From Chromera velia (lineage: Eukaryota), in contig JAHBMJ010000430.1 of NCBI GenBank assembly GCA_018398765.1, positions 1 to 46,988 of the forward strand: 46,988 nt of DNA, in the 5' to 3' direction. Both the position numbers and the translations under genes were made by a program. Below, piece after piece: positions 13,201 to 25,442 of this stretch (its first letter is position 1; every line of letters begins with the position of its first letter). The notes under the pieces are model-generated. The model was not told where the DNA came from. It did not search any database and saw nothing but the letters and a program-made list of their open reading frames with translations.

Positions 13201-13707
13201 TGACTCACCGACACACTGACTGGTTAACTCACTCATTCGTAAAGAAGAAGGAAGTAAGGGGGGAGAAGAGGGAAGGGGAAAGTGAGACCAAGGACAAAAG
13301 AGAAAGGGACGGGCATGGACGAAAAAGCAGGTTGGTAGAGGGCAAACAGCAGCAGAGGGTGTCAAAGAGGCAGACATGCTGGGTGAAATTACGAAGGCAA
13401 AGAACCTTTCGAGAAAAAACTAGCCCACCGTGGGGCTCGAACCCACGACCACGAGGTCAACAGCCTCGCACTCTACCAACTGAGTTAGGAGGGCCCTGAG
13501 AATGAAAGCAGTGCAGAAGAGAAGACTTCTTACTGATAGGCCCTGGCTGCTACACAACCACAAAACATCCGGCAGGGAGGCAGCAGGCAGACGACCAAAA
13601 TTAAGATCGAGACGAGACGGTCTCCTGCCACGGAGAAGAACACTCACCTGGGATGCCGCGGTTTTGGCGAGGGCTCTCTGCCTTGAAGTCAGTCTCCTCT
13701 CATTCAT
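11509..13707 (-). CDS. Kinesin-light-chain-type TPR protein (about eight 42-aa repeats) with a charged disordered N-terminus
   Basis: The main exon 13017-11509 carries repeats such as [37 protein letters not shown]. The preferred first exon 13707-13648 ([26 protein letters not shown]) splices in phase 0 to TGTGCAG|AAG. An alternative first exon 13126-13088 is also in phase. Confidence 0.85.
13414..13419 (-). terminator. Pol III T6 terminator of the tRNA gene
   Basis: TTTTTT lies on the minus strand 2 nt after the tRNA 3' end. Confidence 0.6.
13422..13494 (-). tRNA. tRNA gene or tRNA-like element, anticodon GTT (nominal Asn) on a tRNA-Lys(CTT)-like body
   Basis: 73-nt cloverleaf GCCCTCC TA ACTC AGTTGGTA GAGT G CGAGG CTGTTGA CCTCG TGGTC GTGGG TTCGAGC CCCAC GGTGGGC T. 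The B-box and the D, anticodon and T stems are intact, with one U-U pair in the acceptor stem. G37 and U73 are atypical for Asn. Confidence 0.8.
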
Positions 13708-14009
13708 TCTACCCTATCAGATGGAACTTTAGAGCGGACGTAAAACAAAGAGACCGCTTTGAACTTTCAATCAGTTAAGAGACGTCAAAACTTTCTGTTT
13801 TATACATATTGGCTTCAGTCTGTACTAGCAATAAGCAGACACAAGTCTCCTGCTCACAATCCCTTCACATGGCACAATCTCTTCCAAAAGATCACTCTTT
13901 GCCACGATTTCACATGTCAAGCAGACTCATACTTACATATATATAGAGGGAGTTGGAACTTGGAGACAATGCACATCAGTGCACTGCCATTGCACTGCAA
14001 ACTTGAGCT

Positions 14010-14110
14010 GCCAATATGCGCATGCATGGCTCGTCGACGAAGCCCGGCGGCACCGGCCCGGCCGGCCCATTGAACCCGGCCGGAACCGACCACATGCAGC
14101 GTTACACTTT
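14010..14110. promoter_or_regulatory. Putative bidirectional promoter core (GC island + GCATGC) between the TPR and lectin genes
   Basis: GCGCATGCATGG and a CCGG-rich patch lie ~300-350 nt from divergent ATGs at 13707 and 14453. Confidence 0.4.
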
Positions 14111-14452
14111 TGCACCAACGCAGCCTTCCGGGACGTTTTTTCATTAAAAAACCGATTAATCGGCTGAGTCTGTCCATGCTCATATCTGTGCGCCTTGATC
14201 TCCGATTTAATTCCTTGCAACACAGAATTCCTCTTTCCATGCAGGCAGCTGCTTTGCTGCTTTAAAGAAGCACTCAGTGCACAGACCTGTGCAAGTACGA
14301 ATCATATTTGCTGGACAGGTCCTAGAACATACCGCTCCTAGCCACTGAACAAGATTTCTGAAGAGTTTGACTGAAAAGAGGTGAAGCGATATCTTTCCTC
14401 CTGATCAGCAGATACTTTCCGTCTACGCTCCAGTACCTGCAAGCCCGCCGCA

Positions 14453-17035
14453 ATGAAGTTCCTTCTTGCAGTGGGAGTTGTGCTTTGCAGCTTTGCGACT
14501 GCACCGGCCACGCTTGAGGTGGATCACAGAGGTTGCCCGGACGAAAGTTGGGTTACCTCATCTACTGGCCGCTGCTTCAAGAGATTTGATTTCTATGATG
14601 TCACTCACGGAGATAAGGATGACGAGGAGTGGAAGAAGGGTGACGCCTACTGCTGGCAGCAGGTCCGTGATGCTCTGTCTAGCTGTTTTCAAGACCTCGG
14701 AAGGATCCATGACTCTAAAAAAACACATAGTTTAGCATCACGTGAACAACAGTTGTGTGTTTGTGTTGCTTGCAGCAAACCCGTCTTGCAACGATCTACA
14801 ACAACGAGGAGAACGAGATCGTCCAGCAGCTGTCTGGAAACGATAAGTGCTGGATTGGACTTCGCAAGTACAGAATCAACTCCGAAAGAGGCTGGTCAGT
14901 GGTCTTATCATCTTCAACTTCGCTTCTTGATTCAGAGCCGATTACTAATGTCTCCATGCGCTTCTATATTTGCAGGTGGTGGATTGATGGTGACTGGGCT
15001 CTTGGCACCAAAGCCGATGATTTCACCTTCTTTGGGCCTGCTCTTAGATTCATCTGGCGCATCCTGCCTCCCTATGAGAGATGCGGTACTATGACTCCCG
15101 AGGGGTGGGGAGAGCAGCCTTGCTACCTCTGGCGGGATGACCAGGCTTGCTTTGTCTGTGCCCAATCTCCCAGAGATCCCTCCTACAGACCTGTACCCGA
15201 GGTCGACTGGATTCCTCTTGAGGAGGCCAACGCTGTGGATCCTCTGTATCCAGGCAACGCTGGCACCGGAGCTGGTACTGGAAGCGGGCAGATTGAGGTG
15301 GGTTGATCTGGAGTTTTAGGGCCCTCCGTTTTGTTGCAGTTCCTCACCAGGTTTTCCAGCGCCCCCCTGTCTTTCCGTACATCGCATCTCCCTCTTCTAT
15401 TAGTCTGCTGTGCTGCTGTCATATCCATTCCTCTCCCTTCTCTTGTTCTTCCGCGGCCTTGAACCTCCTTCCCTTCCCTTCCATTCCCTTCTCTTCCCAG
15501 GCCCCTTTACTTTCTCTGTCTTTTATTCCTCTCCTTTCCTCTCTCTCGCCGCCCACGTTGATTTTTTCCCCCCTTATTTTTAATTTGTCTTTCGTCCCTC
15601 GGCTTTCGTCTCCCTTAGCTTCCTCTCGCTCCTCTTTCTCGTCCCCTCCTCTTCCCCAATTCTTCTGTAGTGACCTCTCTGTCATTGCGCGATCACTACC
15701 TTTCCTCTCTGCCTTTCTCTGTCCCTCTTTTTCTTTCTGTGATCATTTGATCCTTCCTTCCTTCCTTCCTTCCTTCCCTTCCTTCCCTTCCTTCCCTTCC
15801 TTCCCTTGTTTCCGGAAGCTGCCCCCTTTATATCGTCCTCTCTCCTTCCGCTGCCATTTTTTGCTTCCACACAGACACACACACACACACACACTCACAC
15901 ATGAGCTCTCTTGTCATTCGCTTCCTCTCTTCCTTTTCTTTGCAAGGATGATGGTCTTCCCACTTCCACCGGAGAGAGAAAGATCCGCTCTCTTCTCTTC
16001 ACCTTCATTTCTCTGCAGGCCCAGCAGGTCGAGACCACCGCAGAGCCTTCCTCAACCTCCACCATTCCTCTGATTGACGAGGAGGAACTTAACAAGGTGC
16101 CCGTCACCACTACTACCACCACCACCACCACGACCACAACTACCACTACCACCACCACCACTACCACAACTACCACCACCACTACTACCACAACCACCAC
16201 CACCACTACAACTACCACCACCACTACCACCACAACAACCACTACCACCACCACCACCACAACTACCACCACGACCACCTCCACCCTTGGTGAGGCGTGG
16301 GACTCGAACGGGGGCAAGCTTTCTGACGGCAGCGATGACATCGATCGCACAGGTGCTTGGGGGGGGAACGGGTCCGACCAGGATTGTGACATCCGTGGTA
16401 CTTGCACCGGTCAGACCTCCACGGAGGGCGGGGAAATCGAAAGTGAGGGCACTGATGGTGGCAGTGAGGTCGGCACAGACCCCACCACCACCACCACTGT
16501 CGCCTCCAAGAACGACGGCGGAGACGGAAATGGAGACGGCAGCGACGGTTCTACTGACTCTGATGGTGACTCCACCCCTGCTCCTGACACTACCACTACC
16601 ACCACTGAGGCTACTCAGGAGGAGAGCTCCGAGGATTCCTCTGATGGCGGCATCGATACCGGTGTCATCATTGCCATTGCAGTTGCAGGTGCAGTACTCC
16701 TGTTGGTTGCCGCAGCCCTCATTTGGTTCTTCTTCCTCCGTCCCAAGAAGAAGACCCCCGCCCCCCCCGCTCAGACCGGAAACCTCCTTGCTGCCCCCTC
16801 TCCTGCACGCACTGCCTTCTCCATGGCCCACACCGCAACTTACGTCGGGTCTGCAATCACCGCCGCGCCCGGTGCCCCCGTGCAGCCCCCTGGGCAGGCG
16901 GGCATGACGGCTGGTGACTTCGAGACCTCCTCCGCCGCCCCCGCTGCTGCTGCACCCAGCACACAGCACGGCAGCGCAATGATCTTCAACAGCGGTAACG
17001 GAAGTCAGGGTAACAGACGGCAGTTCAATAGTTGA
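14453..17035 (+). CDS. Type I membrane C-type-lectin-domain mucin-like protein, 4 exons, ~555 aa
   Basis: Exons 14453-14662, 14776-14894, 14976-15297 and 16019-17035 are in phase. Features: signal peptide; CTLD motifs (CPDESW..RCFK, YC, LATIYNNEEN, CWIGL, WIDG, C..W..C..FVC); 58 consecutive Thr (16106-16279); TM helix VIIAIAVAGAVLLLVAAALIWFFFL followed by RPKKK. Confidence 0.9.
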
Positions 17036-18749
17036 ACGGGCCAGAGGAGGAGGATTTGAAGGGGTGTTGTTGTTACGTAATTAAATGTTTGAGTGGTGAA
17101 TGATGAATGAGAGGGGGGAGCGCGGGAGAAAGAGGCGAATCGGCCTCTCGTCCGTCTTCTTTGCGCGTGATGTTCTCTCTCTGCGTGGCCCGGGTTGCAG
17201 AGGGTTCCAGTTTTCCCTGCCTGCATTCATTAATGCTGTACCTGGAATTTTGGGTGTGTGTTGAGTAATGTGAATGAGTGTACGTGCTGGTAAGACTTCA
17301 TGCTTGCTTGAACTGCAGCATGCTTACGTGAATGAATGAGTGGGAGTGTCTGACAATGAAATGCATGTTCGTGCGAGCAAATGCAGGCATGCAAGTTGTC
17401 TGCGTGGAAATCTGGGTGGGTTGATGCACTGCTTTTTCTCGCTCGCCAGTGAGGGGGGTGGTGGATCACACGACGCTCATCCCAGTCTCTTCAGTCAGTG
17501 TCACAGGCTCACAGCATGTTCTCCATGATAAGTATTTTCGCCTGTCGTCGTCATCGGTTTCAATTGGTGAAAGGCGAGACGATGAACCGGGCTCTTTTCA
17601 TAATACCAGTCTTTTGCGACACGTTTCCTTGGGTGGGTCATCTTAACATGTGAAAAGCCAAGATACATGTTCATGATGTACTGGACGATGTATCTAGCGA
17701 TGCATCTAGAACTATTTTATAACTAGTAGAGAGATACTATTCAGAAGAGGTGACGTTTTTAAAAGTTGAAACGAGTTGTGCACTTCATGGTAGTTTATAG
17801 CACAGTTTTATTGGCATAGTACATTGTATCATCGTTTTTTTTAAAGTTTCAAACTGATGCAGAAACTATTACCATATTATGAGAAACTGATATCCTTTAA
17901 GATATTAGGTTATATTTTTAAAACTAGATAATAAAATCTTTCTATTTACGGACGTACCAAAACGATGTTCATTAGAATAATATCAATTAGCTTACTGATA
18001 CGTTATACATTTTACTAAATATTAATTAAATGAGTAACTGTCACTTGTTGAACTAATTAAAAAGTTGAGTTTTTCAAAGTTTTGTCACTGTCTTAATTAA
18101 AGTTTTACTATAATAAAAAAAATATTATAAACAGCATATAGTATTAAAAGTAGCTCAGCTAGTCTAGTAGCTAGTAAAACAGTAAATCAATATGGTGTGG
18201 TGACAATACCTATTAAGTATAACTTATCACCGACAAAGTTACATAGATACTGGCCATAACTGCAGTCTCAAACTTCTAGGGGCTCTCCATATTTTCCCAG
18301 TACCCTGCCTTATCCATAGAAAAGGCTGATCATCTTTTTTTCTATACCCAATTACGGCTGCTGGCGCTGCTCCTCCCTCAATATAACTTTACTTTGATTA
18401 TTTATATTAAAAAAATATATTTCAAAGGCTCGAAGTTTTGCTGATAGCAATGGTGAATGATGATGATGGGTTTCCTTATAGGATAGAACCTAGGATAGAA
18501 CCTTCATTGATTAAAATTCAGAATCTACATGCATGTGGACAAAAATTTAAATCTTTCAAAAAAATGTTTTAAGATAGTCTGAAATTCTTCATAAACAATT
18601 TTGATGATTTTTAGTTTTTTGATTCAGTTTTTTTTTTTAAATAATGACGTACGCCCCATAATGATATCTTTTGACTGTTTTAACATTGAATCAGTTTCGC
18701 GGCCTGAATCGCAGGCAGTTGGACACGCTTCAAGGCATTCTACAGTTCG

Positions 18750-21700
18750 TCATGACTCAGCTTTCTGGAATGGACGAGGGAATCTGTCTGGCCACTGAGA
18801 CAGAGTTTCTGGCAGTTTCTCACGCAGGTGCTGCAATGACCAGAAGAGAGGGGCCGATGGTTGGTTTTTGCAACACAAGACGGGCGGGCAGTGAGCAGGT
18901 CTAAAGGTGCCGACCGAAAAGAATCCGGACTCCTGCTCAGTGCCTTTGCACTGCAGCCAGTCCTTGCGAATCTCGTCTTCGGTGCCTTTCCGTTCTTCTT
19001 CCTCCCCAAGACTCGCAAGAGGGAAGATGGTCGGCCTCCCATGGGCGCAAAAAAAGGGGAACGTCGTCTGAGAAAGCCGCTCGCACAGATGAAGGCTCTC
19101 GGAGAGCACTGCAAAAAGGGGGAAAAGCTGGAATCAAGGCACTGTAGCTGTTGTGTGTCCAAGCACCAACGCCGAAAGACTGACTGAGGCGATCGCCGAA
19201 TTTGATGCCATTGCGACAAGCCTTCGAGGTGATGACCTCCCGAATCGCCAAGGGCATTCCCGCAAAGGAACCAAACTCTTCCAGCTCTCTGCATGCACGC
19301 AAAGGCATCTTGAAGGATGTGCTCCTGTCCTGCCCTGCGCACGGGCGACTCCAGACAGTCAACGGACCCGAGAAGCTTCTCCAGTGTTGAAGCAGGGTCG
19401 AGTAATCGACCGAGGATGTCGGGCTGCTCGACGACTTTCAGCTCCTCACCATGTTCCCGAAATCGGAATCCCCAGCGAGACAGCTTCAGCAGAGTCGGTG
19501 AAAACCACCATGGAGGGGAGGGGTCTCGAAACATGAAACAGAAAGCATAGGAAGTGGGGAAGGACAGACGCTCACCGTTCTCGAATGACGGCGACACAGA
19601 CGTGCTTGAGTACTGGTCAAATTCAGAGAAAGAGGCTCTGGCAAGGGGTACGAAGGAAGTCCTCCACTGAAATCCCGCTCAAGATTTTCCAGGCCAACGC
19701 GCTCCGCTGAAACGCAGGGAAGGGGACAGATCAATTGCAGCAACAAAGGGGCACACGAAGGCAGCGAGCGTCGCTGTACAGACCTGCAGCGTGCTGATCA
19801 ACTGCAAGAAGCACTTCTTCACCGGTGTCCCCACGGGTGATCAGCGTCCCGAGAAATTTTTCGTCCACTTGAGCGACGAGCCTCACTCTCCCAAGGTCCT
19901 TCTTCGCAATGAGGAATTCGTCGTTCTTCTTTTTGTCGTGCAATGGAGAAGAAGCTCCTGCGGAACCGACAAAAGAAGGGAAATTCAAGGATCGTCGTTG
20001 ATCCTTGAGCACCTGGGAGGCCGACAGCTGACCGGCAGTAGGAACGTCTTCCATCACAACGTCCTCTTCTTCTTCTTCTTCTTCGTCGTCGACGGGTTCT
20101 TCGCTCCCGCCCTCACACTCACTGCTCTTACATCCCTCCGAAGGACTGTGATTTTGGCTCCCAGGAGGCTCACTTGCTGACATCCTCATGTGGGCAGGTG
20201 GCGGCGGGTCTCCTTCGAGAAACGGTGTGAATCGATCCTCCCACAACGTGGGGCGATTTTTCGATTCGTCAGAGACCCTCGGGTGGATGCTCAGCTCTGT
20301 TCGGTGCGGAGAGGGTGCCGTTTCATCCTCTGTCACCTGAACGGCTTCGGTGCCTGTCGACTGAAGACGTGGAGGGGTCAACGGTTTTCCGGCTGCTGGA
20401 TCGATTGCACGAAGGCCGGGCAGTCGGCAGTCGGGGATACCGGCATTTCTCTGTCCTGCCCCGGGCCTTTCACAGGCAGCCCGAGTGCTGGGAACAGCAG
20501 AGATCAGTTCGCTGCCTGCAGTGGGAGATTTCTCTTCCACGGAACTTGCTGCTGCTTGGGAACAAGACCATCGGGCGACGTTGCGAGAGGTCTCCTCTGG
20601 ACGGAAATCAAACACTCGCTGACGGGCGTGGTTCAGTTCTTCTTCTCCGATCTCTTCTTGCTCTGATTCTTGGCACTCCTCAATCGAAGAATCACCCCCG
20701 CCATCAGGCTCTTCACCCACCATTCCGTCTTCTTCATCGAAAATGCCGCTGCTGCCAGCTGGGGAGCGTACGACAGGCTCTTGCTGTGGGAAAAACAGAT
20801 TGTGCGGGGCAGGATGATCAGCCTGTGGCGCCTCGGAGGGTTTCGCCACAAAGCTGCGCACGGCCATACGGGACAGAATCTCGCCGGTCGAGATGCGCGG
20901 GCGTTTCAAGGACGGGGGTGCAGACTCGGCAAAATCAGTCAAACCGTCAACCTCGAAGCAAGGAGTAGGGCTCCTTCTGTTCCGGGTAGAGTCTGACGGA
21001 GGCTCATGTTCCAATGTTGGAGCCGAAGACTGATCTGTCTGGGGTTTCGGCGGTGAACGATGCAAGAAAGCAGAGCGGTTGATGCCTTCGGGAAAGTGCA
21101 TCGTGGTCGAGGACACAAAATCCTCTGAATCGATTCTTCGAAGGATCTCCTCGGCATTGAATGAGAGGAGGCTGCAGAAGTCGCAAATTACAACGTTAGT
21201 CTTGCATAAACCGGGAACGGGCCTTGGATCGGTCGGGCACGACTCACGGATTGAGACCGGTCATGGCGTGAGTGATGGCCTCGTAAACCAGCTTGAGAGG
21301 CAACGTCCAGTCTCGAAAGTCCACCGTGATATCATCCTCTGTTGGAATCAGATCGTAACTGGCAGAAGGGCAAGAGATCGAGAGGAGAAAGGATGGAAAT
21401 TTCTTGGACTTCCATCGGAAACTTCGTGGCTTTCCACAGGCACCCAGTTCTTGTTGCGCAGAAAGGTCTGTGTCCCCAAACCACAGAGTGGACACGTGAT
21501 TGACAAGATTCGTGAGCCGTGATTTCGGAACTCGGCGACCGTTAATGTACAGATGTTGCTGCATACGACAAAACACAGGGAGCCAATGAATCCACAATGA
21601 GTGGACTGCGGAGCCATGCACGGGTCAGTTGTCCATGATGTCTGTGCATACTGCATTTTGGTGGAGAGAATCAGCACAGTTACAGTCGGTTACAGTGCTG

Positions 21701-22633
21701 TGCATCGACAACGCATTGGCCGCTGAAATTGGTACAGACTGACAGCTGTCAGACAATTGCCTTTCAGGTTTCAGGGCAGACTGACAGCGTTTTTCGAAGA
21801 ACGGAAATGCTCCGGCTGTGTAACCCATCCTTTCGCGGAAAAGTCCCCTCGGCTTTTCTCAAATTTCAGCAACGCGTCGCTGGTCCGGCTTTTCAGTTCT
21901 ATCTCAGCGAAGCGGGTTTCGATCGATGTGGATTTTCCAATTTCGAGGCGCAACTTGGAGTCGTCAATCGTCAAGACCCGAATCCCGCAATTTGGATTCA
22001 AAAGGGAAACATTCTGAATTCGCCTCAGGGTGTCTTCAATAACGTCCTCGGCATTCCGTGCTCCTCGGACGGGGAGCCAGGAGAAGAGATCAGTCAACTG
22101 AATGAATGTTCCCATAGGGCGCTGACTGGAAGGACCGAAGCATGTACAAGTCCCGTCCGTGAAGGCTTTCATGGCTGCTTGTGTTTGGGCAGCGGCTCGC
22201 GAGTGTATCTGCACTTTTCTGGCCAACAGCGCTAGACTGCGGAGGGTTTGTCCTTGGCTTCGACTCCCGACGTCACTGGCAAAGCTGCTGGGGACTTTCG
22301 ACGTGCAGTTGTACTGCGAGGCACAGATCTGCACTATATCAGCATCGAGGAGGGAATAAAACGCTGGGACCAGTGAACAAAGTCGTTGACAGAGAGAGCT
22401 TGAATCAAAAGCAAGAAGCAGACCTCCAAGCAAGAAGCAGACATGCCCTCCCCATTATCCTCGACATGGATCGATCCAGTCTGTGGCTGTAATTTCACTT
22501 CAACAAAAGACGCGCCAGCTTGCACTGAATTCAATACCAGCTCAGAGCACGCGGTCGGAAAATTGGGGATCCGAATAGCGGCCCGAATAGCGGCCGACTC
22601 CGAAGCGGGCAAAGCCTCAATCGGTCTGGACAT
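18750..22633 (-). CDS. MLH3: MutL-family DNA mismatch repair/meiotic endonuclease MLH3, 8 exons, ~1053 aa
   Basis: Exons 22633-22424, 22328-21786, 21558-21248, 21171-19784, 19706-19576, 19483-19368, 19288-19185 and 19108-18750 are phase-consistent. Motifs: ELVLNS, DNGEGM, GTFIQLTDLF..LPVR, LYINGR, QVDEKF, DQHAAAERVGLE, SKACRNGIKFGD, FFCAHGRP. CAHGRP and IKFGD favour MLH3 over PMS2. Confidence 0.88.
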
Positions 22634-22839
22634 AGTCAGAGCCCTTCGTTCAAGTGCGGAAGCTTCGTTAATTGGGGGATTCGCAACGGTTCCAAAACTA
22701 AATTCCCTCTAGTCAATGGCCTTGTTTGGGAACAAACTCATGAACCAATCTGACCGTCTACGTTGACCAGATCAACAATGTAGGAAAGCTTCGATCTTTC
22801 GATTTCTGCAATTTAATGGGATCGAATCGTGAAATGCGT

Positions 22840-22990
22840 ATGCATGGAATGATGTGGCGGCCTAGCTTGCATGCATGCATGGCATGCATGCAATGAATTG
22901 CGCAATGATGCATGCAGTCGGCCCGCGCGGGCGGCGGCGCGGCCGCCGGCCCGGCCCGGGGCCCGCCCGCCGCCCTGCCGCTCGCTTGAG
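22840..22990 (-). promoter_or_regulatory. Putative MLH3 promoter: TGCATGCA cluster plus extreme GC island
   Basis: Several overlapping TGCATGCA copies (22868-22916) adjoin a nearly pure G/C tract (22919-22981), ~230-350 nt upstream of the ATG. Confidence 0.45.
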
Positions 22991-23361
22991 TCCAAAGCAA
23001 CTCTCTCCCCTCGGCACCCGCCTGCTGCCCCAGCGCCAGCCTCACCTAAGCCTCAAGCTCATACATACGCAGCTACACTGTAGCCTACACAAAGCTGGAG
23101 TCTTAGCCTATGGATGTCTCGTATTAGACTATATTAGACTATATTAGACTCGTAATGTCTCGAGATCTTAATTATCTATAATTATCTAATATTATAGTGG
23201 TATAGTACAATAAGGTTAATTTAACTAGGTTTAGCTTAATTTTACTTAATTTAACCACTAAACTACACATAAAACTATATAAAACTACACATATAGTACT
23301 AAATAGTACAGTATTAGTGCTAGAAAAGTTTAAATTTTGCAATTCAAAGAGCAATGGACTA

Positions 23362-25442
23362 CCCTAATGAATTCGGAGTTGAATTGGGCGTCAAATTGGT
23401 AGTACTACCAATTTTTTACCGCCAGTAACTCCCAATTTTAAAAAATTGGTACCTAGTCTAGTGAAAGAAGTACGTGGAGTTTGAAGCTAAAATTTTGTGT
23501 ATGGGCTAGACAGGGGCTCACTAGTCTCTAGCCGCAGTCATTAGACTCTAATTCATTACTAGGAACAAATTCTATAAACACTTAAAGTCACCTAAAAATT
23601 GGGAGTTACCAATTTTTTTTTAGGACTAACTACCAATTTTTAAGAAAATCAACACCCAATTTTTTTTTTGGGAAGACCAATTTTATAACTTCTCCTAGAA
23701 AGTAAAATATATGTGGAAAGAAAGAACGCTGTAATAGAACAGTGTTGCAGCTGTATAGAACTTCATAAATCTATAAGTTTTATATAGTTTCATAGTGTTA
23801 TTCATGCTCGAAGTCCCTCCCAGCATGATACATTGGCAAAATATGCTTACATGGCTTTCTTTCTCTTGCACAACCACGCAAAAACCAGATCTTCCAGAAT
23901 AAAACAATCATATAAATAACGTCCCCCTGTAGGATAAAACGTTTGCAAACCTTCTTATGATACGATTCAAAGCCGTAGCATTTCGCTGTGTTCAACCTCC
24001 TAAACCGGTGGATCCACACCGGGAAAATGTAATGCAAGTAGAAGTGAGTCTTTGGGACCGCCCATCCATAAGACTTGCAAAAAAGGTCTTACCAAGTCCT
24101 TATCTCCGTCTTCAGCTCTGCAAGTTTCTCATCTGTGATTGAACCTGTCAACATGGAAAGGATCCATGAATGCAAGTAAAAAGAACAAGCAAGAGGGTTC
24201 TCTGCAATAAAAATGTCCGGGCACCTTTTTTCTATGAACTCAACCATGCAAAGGAAAACGTGTCTGACATTTGCAGCCGCCAATTTAATCTTTCTATTGT
24301 TTTTCGGAATTCTTCAGACCCCTTTCCCATCTAAATGATCTCCTACTCCTGAGAGATATGCAGACAGCCTTCAAACAGAAGCAAGAAGGGGGGGTCCCCG
24401 AGTCGTCTGTCACCGTTGCGGTAGCCTCAATTCAGTCGGCAGCTGCTAGTCTCTGTAAGCCTCAAGGTGGGAGAGAGAACAAAAGGGATCAAGGGAAAGA
24501 ACAAAAGAAAAAGAAGAAATTGAAAAGTGAAAGTTCTCGTCAGCGCCCCCCTCCTCCCCAGCGCTCTGCAACCATGGTTATACAAAGCCGATAGAGGGAG
24601 AGGTCAAAGGAAATGGATAATTAAGGATGGATTTGTCATCCCCACTGAGTTTTGGGAGAGATTCGCTGTAGAGAGAGAGCTGAACATCGCTCATACAATA
24701 TTTTCAGATGTTAAGTTCACCGTGAAGATTTTGGAGCTGAAAGAGCTCACACATGATCATAGAAAAAAGGCAGACATCGGAATTTTCCCAGATAATTCCT
24801 TGGTCGTTTTTCAGTACACCTATATTGTCCCCCCCCAAAATCTATCATAAGAGAAGAAAAAGGAATATAATCTCCATTTGAGGCGTCTAGGAACCACTAA
24901 GTAGGAGATGTTCGGGAGAGAGGGGCATGATCTAAACAAAGATCAGCAGCCACTGTCCGGCATATGGAGGGATTATGAATTCTAGTAGGCTTACATGGTC
25001 AATTGGATCGATTTTCGCTCTGTTTTTTATACTGGTACGTGCAGCTTGTGTAGAGCTGTCCACTGTCTGTTTTGCATTGCGTTAGCGGTGCACTATGACA
25101 CATAAAACAAAAGTTTCAAGTTGAGTCCCATTTTTTTTTTTTGTACTACCAATTTTTTTTCCGGCGGTCCTAAAAAATTCTTATTTAAAAATTGGTAACT
25201 CCCAATTTTTAGGTGACTCTAAATGTTTATAAAATTTGTTCCTAGTAATGAATTAGAGTCTAATGACTACGGCTAGAGTCTAGTGAGCCCCTGTCTAGCC
25301 CGTACATAAAATTTTAGCTTCAAACTCCATGTACTTCTTTCACTAGACTAGGTACCAATTTTTTAAAATTAGGAGTTACTGGTGGTAAAAAATTGGTAGT
25401 ACTACCAATTCGACGCCCAATTCAACTCCCAATTCATTAGGG
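23362..25442 (-). mobile_element. EnSpm/CACTA(CMC)-like DNA transposon, 2.08 kb, ~255-bp TIRs, decayed transposase
   Basis: Near-identical long TIRs at 23362-~23617 and ~25187-25442 begin CCCTAATGAATT, with TA on both flanks. A stop-interrupted minus-strand remnant resembles EnSpm-type transposase C-terminal motifs. Confidence 0.8.
23800..24300 (-). pseudogene. Transposase remnant (EnSpm/CMC-like)
   Basis: A single frame reads ITDEKLAELKTEIRTW*DLFCKSYGWAVPKTHFYLHYIFPVWIHRFRRLNTAKCYGFESYHKKVCK. This fits the PK-H-x-x-H-Y...RFG..C..FE..H pattern of non-plant EnSpm transposases. There is an in-frame stop at 24089-24091. Confidence 0.65.

Noticed and set aside
13560..13707. Spliced-leader-RNA-like layout on the minus strand (CAG|GTGAGT followed by an Sm-like TAATTTTGG)
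   Set aside because: It is better explained as coding exon 1 and the intron start of the TPR gene. There is no recognisable leader sequence or convincing stem-loops.
15895..16969. Poly-Val, poly-Pro and poly-Gly ORFs
   Set aside because: These are alternative-frame shadows of the poly-Thr mucin exon.
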